Below, in pieces: positions 30,791 through 45,460 of a stretch of 64,000 nt of DNA; position 1 is the first letter of the stretch; the number at the start of each line of letters is the position of its first letter. The notes beneath the pieces were generated by a model that was not told where the DNA came from, ran no database searches, and saw only the letters and a program-made list of their open reading frames with translations. The stretch comes from the human T2T-CHM13v2.0 reference genome, Homo sapiens, in the NCBI RefSeq assembly GCF_009914755.1, contig NC_060941.1; one strand, given 5' to 3'. Made by a program: the position numbers and the translations under genes.

Positions 30791-33087
30791 GGTAAACCCT
30801 GACAGGACTCCATGCACCAGAATTTAGAAACCATGGGCTAAGCTAACCTGATTTATCCATCCTCAGTCTGGAGGGAAGACTTCTAGCCCACCCAATATGT
30901 GGGGAGCCAGTCGTGTCTAAATCTCTTATTTTCTGCAGGCTTCTAGGTGAATAGGTTAGCAAAAGCGACTCTATTGCTCAACTAAATAGACATTTATCTT
31001 GCCTCCCCAGCCTTGGCCATCTGCCCTAACACTGCCTGTTCCTTTAACATGTAGCATTAACAGAGAGAGACCACCGTGCCATCCACAGACCTTGGAAAGA
31101 CAGGCTGCATTTCAGTGTAGTACATTCTGCTGATGGTTGAAGCAGTTCAAAGTGGGATAATTTAAAGCTCTTATTTAACTGAAAGAATTCATTTGTCTTT
31201 TGATCCACCTTCCACTCTGACAAATGCTCCCTTCCCTATCACATTCAAACACACACCCCCTTCAGAAGCCAGTAAATTCATCCCCTGCCAAGGAATGGAT
31301 TTTCCCCATATTGCTCTATCTGAGTGATAAAAGGGTTTAATGTCCCAAGTTCATTTTTCAGTAGCTAACTCAGAGATACCCGACACAGCAAAGCACCTAA
31401 GCTCTTTCTAGAGTTATTAAACTGTTATATCCCTAATTCCTTTGGAGCCTCGACCTAGCAGCAATGATTCTGAGGGCACTTCCTATTAAATCTGCATTTT
31501 GCACAGAGAGATAAAGCAGGCCAGTGTGACCCTGTTTACAGGGATGACAGAAGAGCCCCTGCAGGCTCTGGTGCTGTCAGCAGTTTTACTCTATCAGGAA
31601 GCCTATGTGAGAAGGTCCCTCACAGCTCTTGGCCTGGACACATTTGCCAACTTTGCACACTTTTCTGAAATGCAACCACTTTCAGGTTGGGAGCTCTGAG
31701 CCACTTGGCAGCTCTGTGGGGCAGCTTTTTTGCTGGCAGGATGTGAGCATGCAACAAGCCCAACCAACCTGCCAGGCACGGGAGACATTCCCAGGCACAT
31801 ATCCATGAAGCCAAAGAGCAGTCTGGAAGAAAACAAACCTGTGTGGTTTAATATATAAAAGGAGTCTTCAAATTGTGTGTACATATCCCAAGGGAGATAG
31901 AAGGTAATGCACTGATATACAGGGATAATATGTTAGAATTACTTTTATTTTTGTTTTTAAAAATAGGAAATGAAACTCTTCCAATTTTCAATATACAGCT
32001 TTACACAAGCACCCTCACTCTATCCGTGTCAGGTGGCACACGTCACATGCAATACACACATCCACAACATAAAGTTGGAGGGGCAGATTAAAGAGGTATC
32101 CTCCCTCGTCTAGTAACTTTAAGCAGACTGTGATGTATCCCTGTTTATGTGGGAACAATAAAATTAATTTAATGACTGCAAAATCTATTCCAACCTAAAT
32201 TAACCCCTACCAAGTACACCAATGGCTTAAAAGGCTTCAAGCAAAGATGCTAAAGATGGAAGATCAGACCCTTAGTGTAGACACAAAGCAACAATAGCTA
32301 ATCTGTCCATTCTCCCATTGCCATTCGATCTCTCTGTCAGCCACATTATGAAAGGGAAAAACAGAGAAAGGAAAAGAATGGGACTAATTAAATTTGACCA
32401 AAAAATGTTCAAAGCTTCATATTTTTTGCTGGTTTTTTTTGTAGCAATTCTTATTCCAACACTGAATTATATTTGCAGTATGAATGTATACCCACCATTG
32501 TTGATGACATACTTCATCAAAAGTACCTTGAAATATGAGCTAATGATAGTTTGAAGCCTTCAGGATTAGAAAGACACTAAAATGTGGCTTATTTCTTATT
32601 TATCTCAACCTTTTGTCATTCTTACTTTGCACATTTAACAATATAAATAAAGATGTACACATTGAAAGTACATGATGAGACACTTTTAACCAATGAGGTG
32701 CATAAACAAAAATAAAAATGACAGCCAACATTTGTTGTCTGTCTGTAAATTCATAGCCCCTCAAACTCCAAACCCTGTGCATTTATCACTCACCATGCAG
32801 CCCCCAACTAATAGAAAATAAAATTAAGTAAGAAATGTTATTGAAATTACTTAATTTGTTAGCTATAGCAGGTATTTGTTTAAATTCAAGCTTATCATCC
32901 CAGGTTCTCTAAAGACTGGTAGAAAACTTTTCAAGAGCAAGTCTAACTTAGGATCGTGTTCTCCTGATGATAATAATAACACCACCTCCACTGCAACCAA
33001 CAGTTACTGTGCTTCCTGAGTGAAAGTCTTCTGCTAAGAGCTTTAAAGATATTAACTCATTTGCTCCTCACAATAACCCTATAAGGA

Positions 33088-33740
<653 letters not shown>

Positions 33741-33751
33741 CTATAAGGCAT

Positions 33752-34295
33752 TGTGGTGGACAGACGTTCAAGGCGGTTCCCATGATCCCAACTCCTGGTA
33801 TCCATACCTTCATATTAATAATTGTACCCCCCCCAAGTGTGGGCAGAACCTGTGATTTGCTTCTAATCAATAGAAACATTAAAGGTGACGTAATTATAGG
33901 TGAGTGATTATGTGATTACGTTATATAAGATTCTCGTGTCCAACTTGCTGGAGTGTCTCTCTCCCTGGCTAGTTTTGAGTAAGCAAGTAGCCACGTTGGG
34001 GACCCACCTGGCAAAAAACCAAGGGTGGCTTTCAGCCAATAGTCAACAAAGAAATGAAGCCCTCCAGAGATACATTCTGCTAACAACCTGAGTGAGCTTG
34101 AAAGGGGATCTTTCGCCAGTCAAGGCTCAGATGAGACCCCAATCCCGGCAGACACCTTGACTTCAGCCTTGCAGAAGACCCAGCTGAGCCATGCCTGACT
34201 CCTGACCCACAGAAACTGTAAGATAATGAATATGCGTTGTTTTAAGTTTCTGTGTTTGTAGTAATATTGTTATAAAGCAATAGATAACCAATATA
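33752..34295 (+). mobile_element. MLT1E-like LTR
   Basis: TGTGGTGGACAG...CCTGACCCACAGAAACTGTAAGATAAT...GCAATAGATAACCAATA. Confidence 0.8.
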
Positions 34296-36936
34296 GTTAT
34301 GTATATTTTTATGTCTACTTTAAGGATGGAAAGTTAAATAAATTGACCAGTTCACACAGCTAGTCAGAGGTAGGGCTGGAATAGAAAATCTGGGTAGCCT
34401 GCTTCTGGAGGGTTAGCCTTAACCACTGCACTTTCCGGCCTCTGCAGACAATTTCCCTTCTAGCTCACTAGTCACTGCTATTGTCTCACTCCTTCTCCTT
34501 AGGATTGGACTTGTATCCCCAGGCCCTGGCCCCTTTAGGGTACCAAACCCAATCCCGTGCAATCCCAGTGCCAAGGCTGTGGCATGGCATTTGTGTTAGC
34601 ACAAAGGAAAGAGTGGCGACTAATGAGTCACGGGCGTTTCTTCCACAGTCCAAGCGTCTGGGAAGGAGCAAAGCTTCATAGCCAACCAAAGCCTCCAGCT
34701 GTCTGTGACTCTGAATAAGCTCTGCCAATAACTCAAGTTTCCCCACAAATAAAGGAGAAAAATAAATCTGTGGGTGTCACCGAGAGAGTCTTGGCACGAA
34801 AGTCAGGAGACTTAGGCTCTAACCTTGGGTCTGCCAGCCAGGAGGCCGTGGGAACCTGGAGAAGTCACTTGGTTTTTCTAGCCCTTTGCTTTCTCGTCTC
34901 TGAAAAGAGGGCTTTGGATTGGATGACTTTTAACGTCTCCAAAAAATTTACACAGTTCTAAGGTACTGTCATGGTTTGAATATATTTAATGCCTTTCTCT
35001 TCCCCTAACTCCAGAATTGAAACAGCCTTCATTTCAGCTGCCTAATTTTGAAACCCAGGGGACACATTTCTAATAGAGAGTGAGCTAGGAAAAATAAAGA
35101 AGAAGAAGCCTCATGGGGTCGGAGACACAAGGAAGGGTAAAATTAATAGCCGAAAAGAAGACGTTCTCACCCAAAGCCATTGAAACCCTGAGCCTCCAGC
35201 CTGGGCATTTTCTGCCCGTGGTCCATGCTCAGCTGCCAGCATTCCTCTGTCCCTACTTTCCCTTGTAGATTGAGTCCCAGCCGGCATGACAGTCTCATTT
35301 CTCACTGAATGCTTGCGGTGAATGCTAAACTGTAATCTCTTTTTGCATGCTTCGGTTCCAAATTCATAACTGGAGGAGCAGACCCCGTTGTCTGCAAGCG
35401 TTCGCTGTTAGCCGCTCTGCCGAGCAGAGCCAAACGGTCCTGGTCCTGCAATCTAGTGGCTTTTTCCCTGCTTCACACTTTGTCAAAATGCATCACGGGT
35501 GACACAAAGAAATGGCCGCTGGAAACTCCCCATTTTCCAATCCTTTTACTATCTAATTGTTCCTCTTCTTCAAGGCTTGGCCATCCTCAAAACAGACCAG
35601 GGTCCCTGCCTGGGTTGTTTTCATTTTAAAGCAGAATGCACTACAAAAGAGAGGCCCTTCCCACAGCTCTAAGCTTGGCACTGTCTGTGGTCATTGTCTT
35701 AGACTCTGCTTTCTACGCCCTGCGCTGTCCCTGAGATGCCACCCCCAACTCACCATTACTCCAAATGGCCATTCCCTTCCTGCAACTCTAAAAACATGAT
35801 CCAACAAAGCGATCCAGTGAAAAGTAGAGCAGGTTTACCCCCAAAGAACCTCCTACCTCCCATTGCACATACAATGGTGCCATCTCCTTGCAAAGGGCTG
35901 CAATTCCTGCCTGCCTCACCCACTTCACCCAGCAAGTCTTGCAGGATTGGGGCCCTCCAGCCACACGGGCCTTCATGTCCTTTTCTCAGGTACCCCAAAG
36001 GGCCTTGGCACATGCTGTCCCCTTTGCTGCAAATGCTCTCTATCTCTAGATCTCTCCATGGCTACCTCCTGCTCACCCTTAGTCTCAGGTCTGAGGAACT
36101 GTGGTGCACAGCGACGTTGTGCTTGGTAGGATGAGCACTGCTGGTTCCAGCACATCCAGTCAGCACCAGCCATTGCAATCTCCTGACTCTGGACATCAAC
36201 ATCTGTGACTCCACCTGAGGCTTTCTCTGACCACTTTCCCACGCCTCTGCTGGTATTTACATCATGACCTCCTCCATAAATGGTTTGCACTCAAATCTTT
36301 GTCTCAGAGCCTGGTTTGGGCAACCAACTAAGCTAGTCTGCGCTACCAATTTTCTCTCCCTGGTGCCTTTTTCTATTTTTTTTTTCATGCCTCTTTTTAA
36401 AAATCTCTGAATATTTTCTCCTGTTTATGTATTATCTTATTCTTTTTTATTTACTGTCTTCTTCTCTGCCTGGAGAGTGTAAGCTCCAGGAGAGGAGAGA
36501 GTGTTGTATCTATCCCCTGCATCCAACCTCAGCCTGGCGCATAGTAGGTGCTCGAGGAATGTTTTCTGAAGAATGAATGAGCTCCTCCTCATTTACAGCA
36601 TCCTATGATTTTAAGTCACTGTTTCGTCTTTCAATAGTATTTCCAATTTGAGGCTCAAGGCATCCTGCAAAGCTTCCCCATGCCTCTGGCACTCCCCCAA
36701 CCCCACTAAAGGAATCTCAAGCCCCTGGAGGGGAGGAAGAAAGGAAAGTTGTTTCCAGTGCCTCTGATATCATACTGCAGTCACGGAGGCACCCAGAGTC
36801 TACCAGCCCTGATCACCCAGTCTTGCAGCTGAGACCTAAACAGAAAGGGCACTTAGATGTTATGATAAGGATACAATTTTGGATCAATGTAACTATTGGA
36901 ACTTTGGACTCTTGCGTAAAACGTAACATGTTCATT

Positions 36937-36940
<4 letters not shown>

Positions 36941-36975
<35 letters not shown>
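36941..36975. repeat. Isolated A35 homopolymer
   Basis: Pure A run with no adjacent recognisable retroelement body. Confidence 0.95.
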
Positions 36976-36976
<1 letters not shown>

Positions 36977-38269
36977 CATGTTTGTCTCAGGGACCATCTT
37001 TTGCCCTGCAGGATTTTCTCTGTGGTTAACTGGATCTGGGGTCTCATTCCTCAATCAAAGAATGAAGGTGTTGATTAGGTGACTGCCAGCAGGCATTTGA
37101 AGGAAGCCAGTCTTCCTGCGCAGCCTTCTGTATGAATGCAGGGATCTCACCATACATGTGCTTGTATGTGCGTGTGCATTGCCCACAGGTTTGGAGTGCA
37201 TGTGCAGTGTTGTGTGTCACCCACCCTCACTCCTTGTCGACACTCCTATACTTGGTCCATCTGTCTAATCTCCCTGGATCCAGGGCACCAGAAATTATGT
37301 CTGTTCATCATTGCGCCTGCAATGTTTGTCATAGTTAATGGTACACATTGGACACCATAAATACACAATGGGGGAAAAATACATGTATGCATGAATTTCA
37401 CTTCTTCCTGGGGAAGAGCCACTAAAACTCCTTAGAAGGGTCCTGAAACTCATTAGGACTGAGCAGAATCTTCAGGAGCCCTCTATAAAGAAACAGTGAC
37501 AATGAATAGCCAACTAAGAAAAAATTATAGTGTCAAAGGCCAAAGGACCAATGGCATTTAAAGAGAAACATGGGATGGCTCCTAGGTGACTTCTGCACAG
37601 GCACCCATGGCTTAGCTATAAACAGATGGACTAATCTCAAGAAAACTCCAAAATCAGTACATTATTGCCAGAGCTGTGTTCTCCGCCAAAGACGTCCAAA
37701 CCACTTTGTGATCATGAGAGGCACACCTAGCCTCCTCTCATGGCATGCCAAGCCACCAAGGGGGCCAGTCCTAGGAGACAGCTCAGAAGAGGCACTCCGC
37801 CAAGGAGACTGGAGGCTACAGAAACTGCCCCAAGAATTGAGTGAGATGATGTATGTGGAGGCATTTTGTAACCCATAAATCTTTTTACCTCCACTGTGTG
37901 TTTTGATGATGATGATAAATATTATTGCTAAGTGTGATCAGTGGATAATTAGTCCCAGATGATGCCCCATTGGGGAAAAAAAATTGTTGTGGTCAGAAAG
38001 CCAGAGTGAAATCCTTTGAAAACCTAAGTCAGATCCTGCTATGTCCCTGCGCAAAGCCCTCTGGGGGTTGCCATCTCATGCAGAATCAAACTCAAACTCC
38101 TTACCGTGGCCCAAAAGTCCAACGTGATCATTCTGGCTGCCCCCTCAGCCCTTACCCTGCCACTCTCACCAATCTCTGTTGCCACCAAGCTGGTCTTCCT
38201 GCTGAGTGGGCCACACCAGTCTTCCAGTTCCTTCTTAGAACATCCTTCATGTGAAATCCGGATGGGCCG

Positions 38270-39347
38270 CACCAAAAACGATGCTCAACCTCACCAATCA
38301 TGAAGGAAATGCAGATCGAAACTGCAATAAGGTACACTCATCAGGGTGTATCACACCCATTAGGATGGCTGAGACCAAAGAAAACAGAAAATAACAAGTG
38401 TATTAAGGAGGTGGAGAAATTGAGAGCCTCATGCACCGTTGATGGGAATATAAAATTGTGCAGCTGCTGTGGAAGACAGTATGGTGTTTCCTCGAAAAAT
38501 GAAACACAGAACTACCTTATATGTGGCAATTCCACTTCTGATTATATATCCAAAAAGAGCTGAAAGCAGACCCTTGAATGGATATTTGCACATCCATGTT
38601 TACAGCAGCATTATTCATAGTTAACCAACAGGTGGAAGCAATCCAAGAGTTCACTGGCAGAAGAATGGATAAACAAAATGGGGCATATCTATACAATGGA
38701 ATATTATTCAGCCTTAAATAGAAGGAGATTCTGACACACATGCTACAACATGGGTTAACCTTCAAGACATTATCCTAAGTGAAATAAGCCAGTCAAGGCC
38801 AAGCATGGTGGTTCACGGCTGTAATTTCAGCACTTTGGGAGGATGAGGCTGACGGATCACGAGGTCAGGAGTTCGAGACCAGCCTGGCCAACATAGTGAA
38901 ACGCTGTCTCTACTAAAAATACAAAAATTAGTCAGGCGTGGTGGTGCATGCCTGTAATCCCAGCTACTCAGGAGGCTGAGGCAGGAGAATTGTTTGAACC
39001 CCGGGAGGCAGAGGTTGTAGTGAACCGAGATCCTTCTCAGAAAAAAAAAAAAAAAAGCCACTCAAAAAAAGGACAAATACTCTGATTTCACTTATATGAG
39101 GTATTTAGAGGAGTCAATTCATAGAGACAAAAAGCAGAATGATGGGTGCCAGGTGCTAATGGGTGGGGGGAATGGGGAGTTAGAGTTTAACGAACATAGG
39201 GTTTCAGTTTTGGAAGATGAAAAGAGTTTTACAGATGGAGGGTGGTGATAGAGGCACAACACTGTGAATACACTTAATGCACTTAAAAATGGTTAAAACG
39301 TTAAATTTTATGTTGCATATATTTTCTACAATTAAAGAAAAAAAAAG
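38270..39347 (+). mobile_element. L1MB-type 3' end interrupted by an AluS (38797-39057, 3' internal deletion)
   Basis: CACACCCATTAGGATGGCT, CCATGTTTACAGCAGCATTATTCA, GGGTTTCAGTTTTGGAAGATGAAAAG; Alu TSD AAGCCA(G/C)TCAA. Confidence 0.88.
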
Positions 39348-39699
39348 CGTTGTGGAAGTCAAGGATCCAGCCCAGCCTTCTGGCTTGCAGGCAGTAGAAG
39401 AGAGCAGTGTTCTTGATGGGCCTGAGTCACCGATGACAACTGTGTGGAGGTGATGCCACTGCTGCGGCCACAGCCACCAGCCTGCCCTGTCCCGATAGAC
39501 ACCAGTTCCAACAACCTCTCATCTACCTTTCAGGTAATGTGATTGAATGAACTCTGCTGGCAGATAGTTTGCTGGTGTTTAGACAAAGCTAACACTGCTG
39601 GAAATAACAAGAGTGGCCTGGCAGGAAGTGTCAGATCATGAATCACTAAAGTCAAAGTTATCTTCAGTCTGTGGCCAAAAACACCGCCCACTGGATTAA

Positions 39700-40630
<931 letters not shown>

Positions 40631-40653
40631 TACAGTTTAAGAAAAATTAAATT

Positions 40654-40733
40654 GGCTGGGTGCGGTGGCTCATGCCTGTAATCCCAGCACTTTGGGAGGC
40701 TGAGGTGGGTGGATCACGAGATCAGATCGAGAC
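40654..40733 (+). mobile_element. Alu 5' fragment, abruptly truncated
   Basis: First ~80 nt of an Alu end at GATCGAGAC and join non-Alu sequence. Confidence 0.9.
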
Positions 40734-40845
40734 AGCAGAGATGAATCATGTTACTCAACGTAGAAAGTTGCCATCAGTAAGTGAAACTGACAAAAGGATA
40801 TCTTAAAAGACAAATGCTTCAAATTTAATATCTGTAAGGAAATAT

Positions 40846-41135
40846 GGCTGGGTGCGGTGGCTCACACCTGTAATCCCAGCACTTTGGGAAGCCGAGGCGG
40901 GTGAATCACCTGAAGTCGGGAGTTCGAGACCAGCCTGACCAACATGGAGAAACCCCATCTCTACTAAAAGTACAAAATTAGCCAGGCGTGGTGGCGCATG
41001 CCTATAATCCTAGCTACTCAGGAGGTTGAGACAGGAGAACAGCTTGAACCCCGGAGGCAGAGGTGAGCCGAGATCATGCCATTGCACTCATGCCTGGGCA
41101 ACAAGAGCAAGACTCCATCTCAAAAAAAAAAAAAA
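40846..41135 (+). mobile_element. AluSp
   Basis: GTCGGGAGTTCGAGACCAGCCTGACCAACATGGAGAAACC diagnostics; no clear TSD. Confidence 0.92.
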
Positions 41136-41307
41136 TGCAGTTGATTATGGAGACTGATTAAGAAGTAAACTGCATGATATAAGGGGAACATATTAATCAA
41201 AAGTAGAATAATAAATTTCATTATATAAATGTTTTCGTTTTCTACAAGTTAATATATAAAGGACAATAGCATGGAATTAAAGGTGTTGTGTTTTTATTCA
41301 AGAATGA

Positions 41308-41720
41308 TTTTTTTTTTATTTTTGATGCAGAGTCTCCCTCTGTTGCCCAGGCTGGAGTGCAGTGGCATGATCTCGGCTCACTGTAACCTCCACTTCCCGG
41401 GTTCAAGGGGTTCTCATCCCTCAGCCTCCTGAGTAGCTGGGATTACAGGTGCCGAGCTACCACACCTGACCAAGAATATTTTCTTTTTTTTGAGATGGAG
41501 TCTCATTCTGTCGCCCAGGCTGGAATGCAGTGGCGCAATCTTGTCCTGTCTAACTACACTTTAGAACGCTTTCACCGTCTCCCCAAACCCCTGCCTCCCA
41601 GCCCCTGGTATCCTCCATTCTACTCTCTGCTTCCATGAGTTCAATTGTTTTACATTCCACATAAGTCAGATCACGTGGTAGTTGTCTTTTTGTGCCTGGC
41701 TCACTTCACTTAACATCATG
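41308..41720 (-). mobile_element. Alu right arm, a second truncated Alu 3' fragment (41480-41541), then an L1M 3' fragment
   Basis: First arm flanked by CAAGAAT(G)ATTTT direct repeats; second breaks at GCAATCTTG into CCATTCTACTCTCTGCTTCCATGAGTTC. Confidence 0.8.
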
Positions 41721-42829
41721 TGCTCCATTAAGCTCCTGTGAATCCCAGTTTCTAACCTGCAATTGCTCTAAGTGTTTTCATTGCCTTTTCATGGTTTCTA
41801 CTAAGAATTCCAGAGCCCAGCTGCAATGTTTTCACTGCTTTGGATGTTATTCATTGTTTTTCTTTACATCTTGTCCATGGACACACAAATAAACTGTCCG
41901 GTGCAAGTGCAGCTGCCGTATGCGCTTCCTGTGAAAGAAGGCCGGTTTGACATCTATTAAACAAATCCATCTCAGCATTCTTAACAGCCTTTATATTGTT
42001 TGATATCAAGCTCAGTCATTTAAAAAATATGCCTCTGTCTTTGTAAGATTACCTATGGGTTGGAGAAGACTTATGTAATATTCAACTCAGCAGATAATGT
42101 ATATAAAAATTATTGCATATGATTTAATGATCTGGAATCAATTTTAACTGTTTATATGTCACACTTGGGAAAAAGCAGGACAATTATAAAATTTAATAAT
42201 GGCATCTCCATAAAAAGCAATAATTCATATTCTACTTTAAAAATCCTTTCTCTTATGTAGAGGAGTAAGTGGCATCCTGGTGGCACCAGAAGGATGTACT
42301 GGTGAGCTTGTGTAGTGGTCACTAAGTTAACGCGTGTTGCTTTATTTGACTGATACTGATGTTGCCATCTTAGCTTCCGGCAGTTAGGTGGGCAGAAAAC
42401 CCAAAGTTAGTAACTTTGGACAGTTGCAACAATGTTAGTAACTCAAGGGCCAAAGTGATGGATTAAACGGCCAGTCCAGGCAATCTCTGGTTCACCCTCA
42501 TGATGACAGAGTGCTTTTAGGTAGTGAGGCAGTGCTTAGTCTCAAGGCAGCCTCCCTTCCCCTCATGCATTACCTGGTGTTTGTGGGCAGGAGTGTGGAT
42601 CCTGTATACATGCCTGGGGTTGTGGGTGTGGGGAGGGGCCTCCAGTGTGCTGGGGTATACCCTGGGGCCTCTGTAGGTGCCTGATCCATAGATGCTCCCT
42701 GTGGCCTGGTCACAGGGGTCACCAGGCCCCTGGTGGCTTACAGTGTGGAAGTTGGAGGCTTCACCATAATCTGTGGCCTGAGCTTGGCCTCAGGGAATAT
42801 TTCCGGGTGGTGTCAGCTGTATCTCCTCC

Positions 42830-42930
42830 TTACTCAGTGTCGTAGGGGAGCAGCGACTCTCTGGGACAGTGGGATGGGTGGTAAAAGAATTTACCAAGAC
42901 AGTTGTAGGTAAAGAAAGGCAGATTCATTG
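42830..42930 (-). mobile_element. ERV1 (MER4-group-like) LTR fragment
   Basis: GGTAAAAGAATTTACCAAGACAGTTGTAGGTAAAGAAAGGCAGATTCATT. Confidence 0.5.
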
Positions 42931-42934
42931 GACA

Positions 42935-43410
42935 CCACAGAGCTTACATGTTTGTGGTGATGTGGGTGTGAACATACGATTATCGACAGTGCATAATGCT
43001 TGATGAAAATAATAGATGCTGATGTTATTGTTTTATGTATTTAATATCCTATATTTTTTATTGTTATTTTAGAGTATATGCTTACTACTTTTTTTTAAGG
43101 TAACTGTGAAGCAGCCTCAGGCAGTTTCTTCAGGAGGTTTCCAGAAGAAGGCATTCTTATCAAGGAGATGACAGCTCCATGCCTGTTACTGCCCCTGAAG
43201 ACCTTCCGGTGGGACAAGATGTGGAGGTAGAGGACAGTGAAATTGATGATCCTGACCCTGCTTAGCCTTAGGCGAAAGTGTCTGGTTGTGTCTTGTTTTT
43301 TAACAACAAACGGTTTAAAAGTAAAATAAATAAATAATGAAAAAAGCTCATAGAATAAGGTTAAAAAGAAACAAAATATTTTTGTATAGCTATATAATTT
43401 GTGTGGCTTT
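42935..43410. mobile_element. Tigger3/MER7-like TcMar element fragment
   Basis: CAGCCTCAGGCAG...CCAGAAGAAGGCATT...GCCCCTGAAGACCTTCC...GATGATCCTGACCCTG. Confidence 0.85.
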
Positions 43411-43525
43411 TTTGTTTATTTGTTTGAGACAGGGTCTCACTCTGTCACCCAGACTGGAGGGCAGTGGCACAATCACAGCTCACTGTGGTCTCAACCTCTT
43501 GAGCTCCAGAGATCCTCCCACCTCA
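43408..43525 (-). mobile_element. AluJ 3' fragment fused to the minisatellite
   Basis: TTTGAGACAGGGTCTCACTCTGTCACCCAG...GATCCTCCCACCTCA then an abrupt switch. Confidence 0.88.
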
Positions 43526-43526
43526 C

Positions 43527-44082
43527 TCAGGAGGACGTCAGTCCTCCAGGCAGACGTCAGTCCCCAGGTGGACCCTGGACTCAAAGTGTATACCAGGCCC
43601 CAAGTTGACAACCAGGCCCCAGATGGACACCAAGGCCCTAGGTGGACAGCAGGCCCATGTTGAACACCAGACTCATGAGGACATCAGGCCGCAGGTAGAC
43701 ATCATGCCTTAGGTAGATACGTAGGCTCCGGGTGGACATTAGACCCAAGGCTCCAGGTAGACATTAGACCCAAGGCTCCAGGTAGACATTAGACCCAAGT
43801 CCCCAGGTGATCATCAGGCCCAGGTGAAAACTCAGGCCTTAGGTGCACATCCGGCCTCAGGTGGACACCCAGGCCCCAGGTGGACACAAGGCCTTAGGTG
43901 AACAACAAGACCCAGTAGGCCATCAGGCCTCAGTTGGATACAGTCCCCAGGTGAACACAAGGCCCCCAGAGGGACATAGGCCCAACGCAGACATCAGGCC
44001 CTAGGTGGACATCAGGCCTGAGGACATCCGGCCCCTGGTGAACATCAGGCACAGGTGTCCAAGCAGACCTTGGGTGGACATA
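43527..44082 (+). repeat. Degenerate ~19-bp minisatellite (consensus ~CAGGTGGACATCAGGCCCC), roughly 28-29 units
   Basis: Recurrent AGGTGGACA / CAGGCCCC words with 18-20 bp periodicity read directly. Confidence 0.9.
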
Positions 44083-44197
44083 ACAGTGTACAGGTAAGGA
44101 GTTGACGTGGGGGGAGGGTGAGTAGTCAGCAGCCCAGTGGAGTCCTGGAGTAGGTCTTATGGAAGGAAGGGGTCTAGGGAACAGAACCGTAAAGAAG

Positions 44198-44212
44198 CGA
44201 CGTCACTTCCTG
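44198..44212 (-). promoter_or_regulatory. Overlapping ETS/CRE-like motif ~110 bp upstream of the pseudogene ATG
   Basis: Minus strand CAGGAAGTGACGTCG versus the ETS-CRE composite CCGGAAGTGACGTCA (13/15); extra TGACGT half-site at 44103. Confidence 0.4.
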
Positions 44213-44283
44213 GATGATGACCACATGAACAGAACTTAGAACTCTGGTAACCAGGCACCCATATCATAGAGTCAGCGCCGTAA

Positions 44284-45297
<1,014 letters not shown>

Positions 45298-45454
45298 CAG
45301 GCGGGCAGTGGGTGAGGGGACCAGGAGGTGGCTCCAAAGGGTAAAGCAAACAAAGCTTTTAACGACAGCTGTTGTGCCCCAGGCTCTCCATGCCACCACC
45401 TGCCCTACCATTTATTAATAGTGTTAGAATTACAAGTTGATGAAACGAGATTAC

Positions 45455-45460
45455 AATAAA
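45455..45460 (+). terminator. Polyadenylation signal of the CDRT15-like unit
   Basis: AATAAA ~160 nt after the stop, with T/GT-rich tracts downstream (45485, 45541-45572). Confidence 0.7.

Noticed and set aside
35736-36290. Cluster of overlapping 62-132 aa ORFs
   Set aside because: Overlaps L2 and ERVL-LTR relics; no recognisable domain or splice structure.
37748-37770. CCACCAAGGGGGCC as a CTCF site
   Set aside because: An extra base breaks the motif register.
43527-44082. Possible CRISPR-like array
   Set aside because: Units are directly tandem and degenerate with no unique spacers or cas genes; eukaryotic minisatellite.
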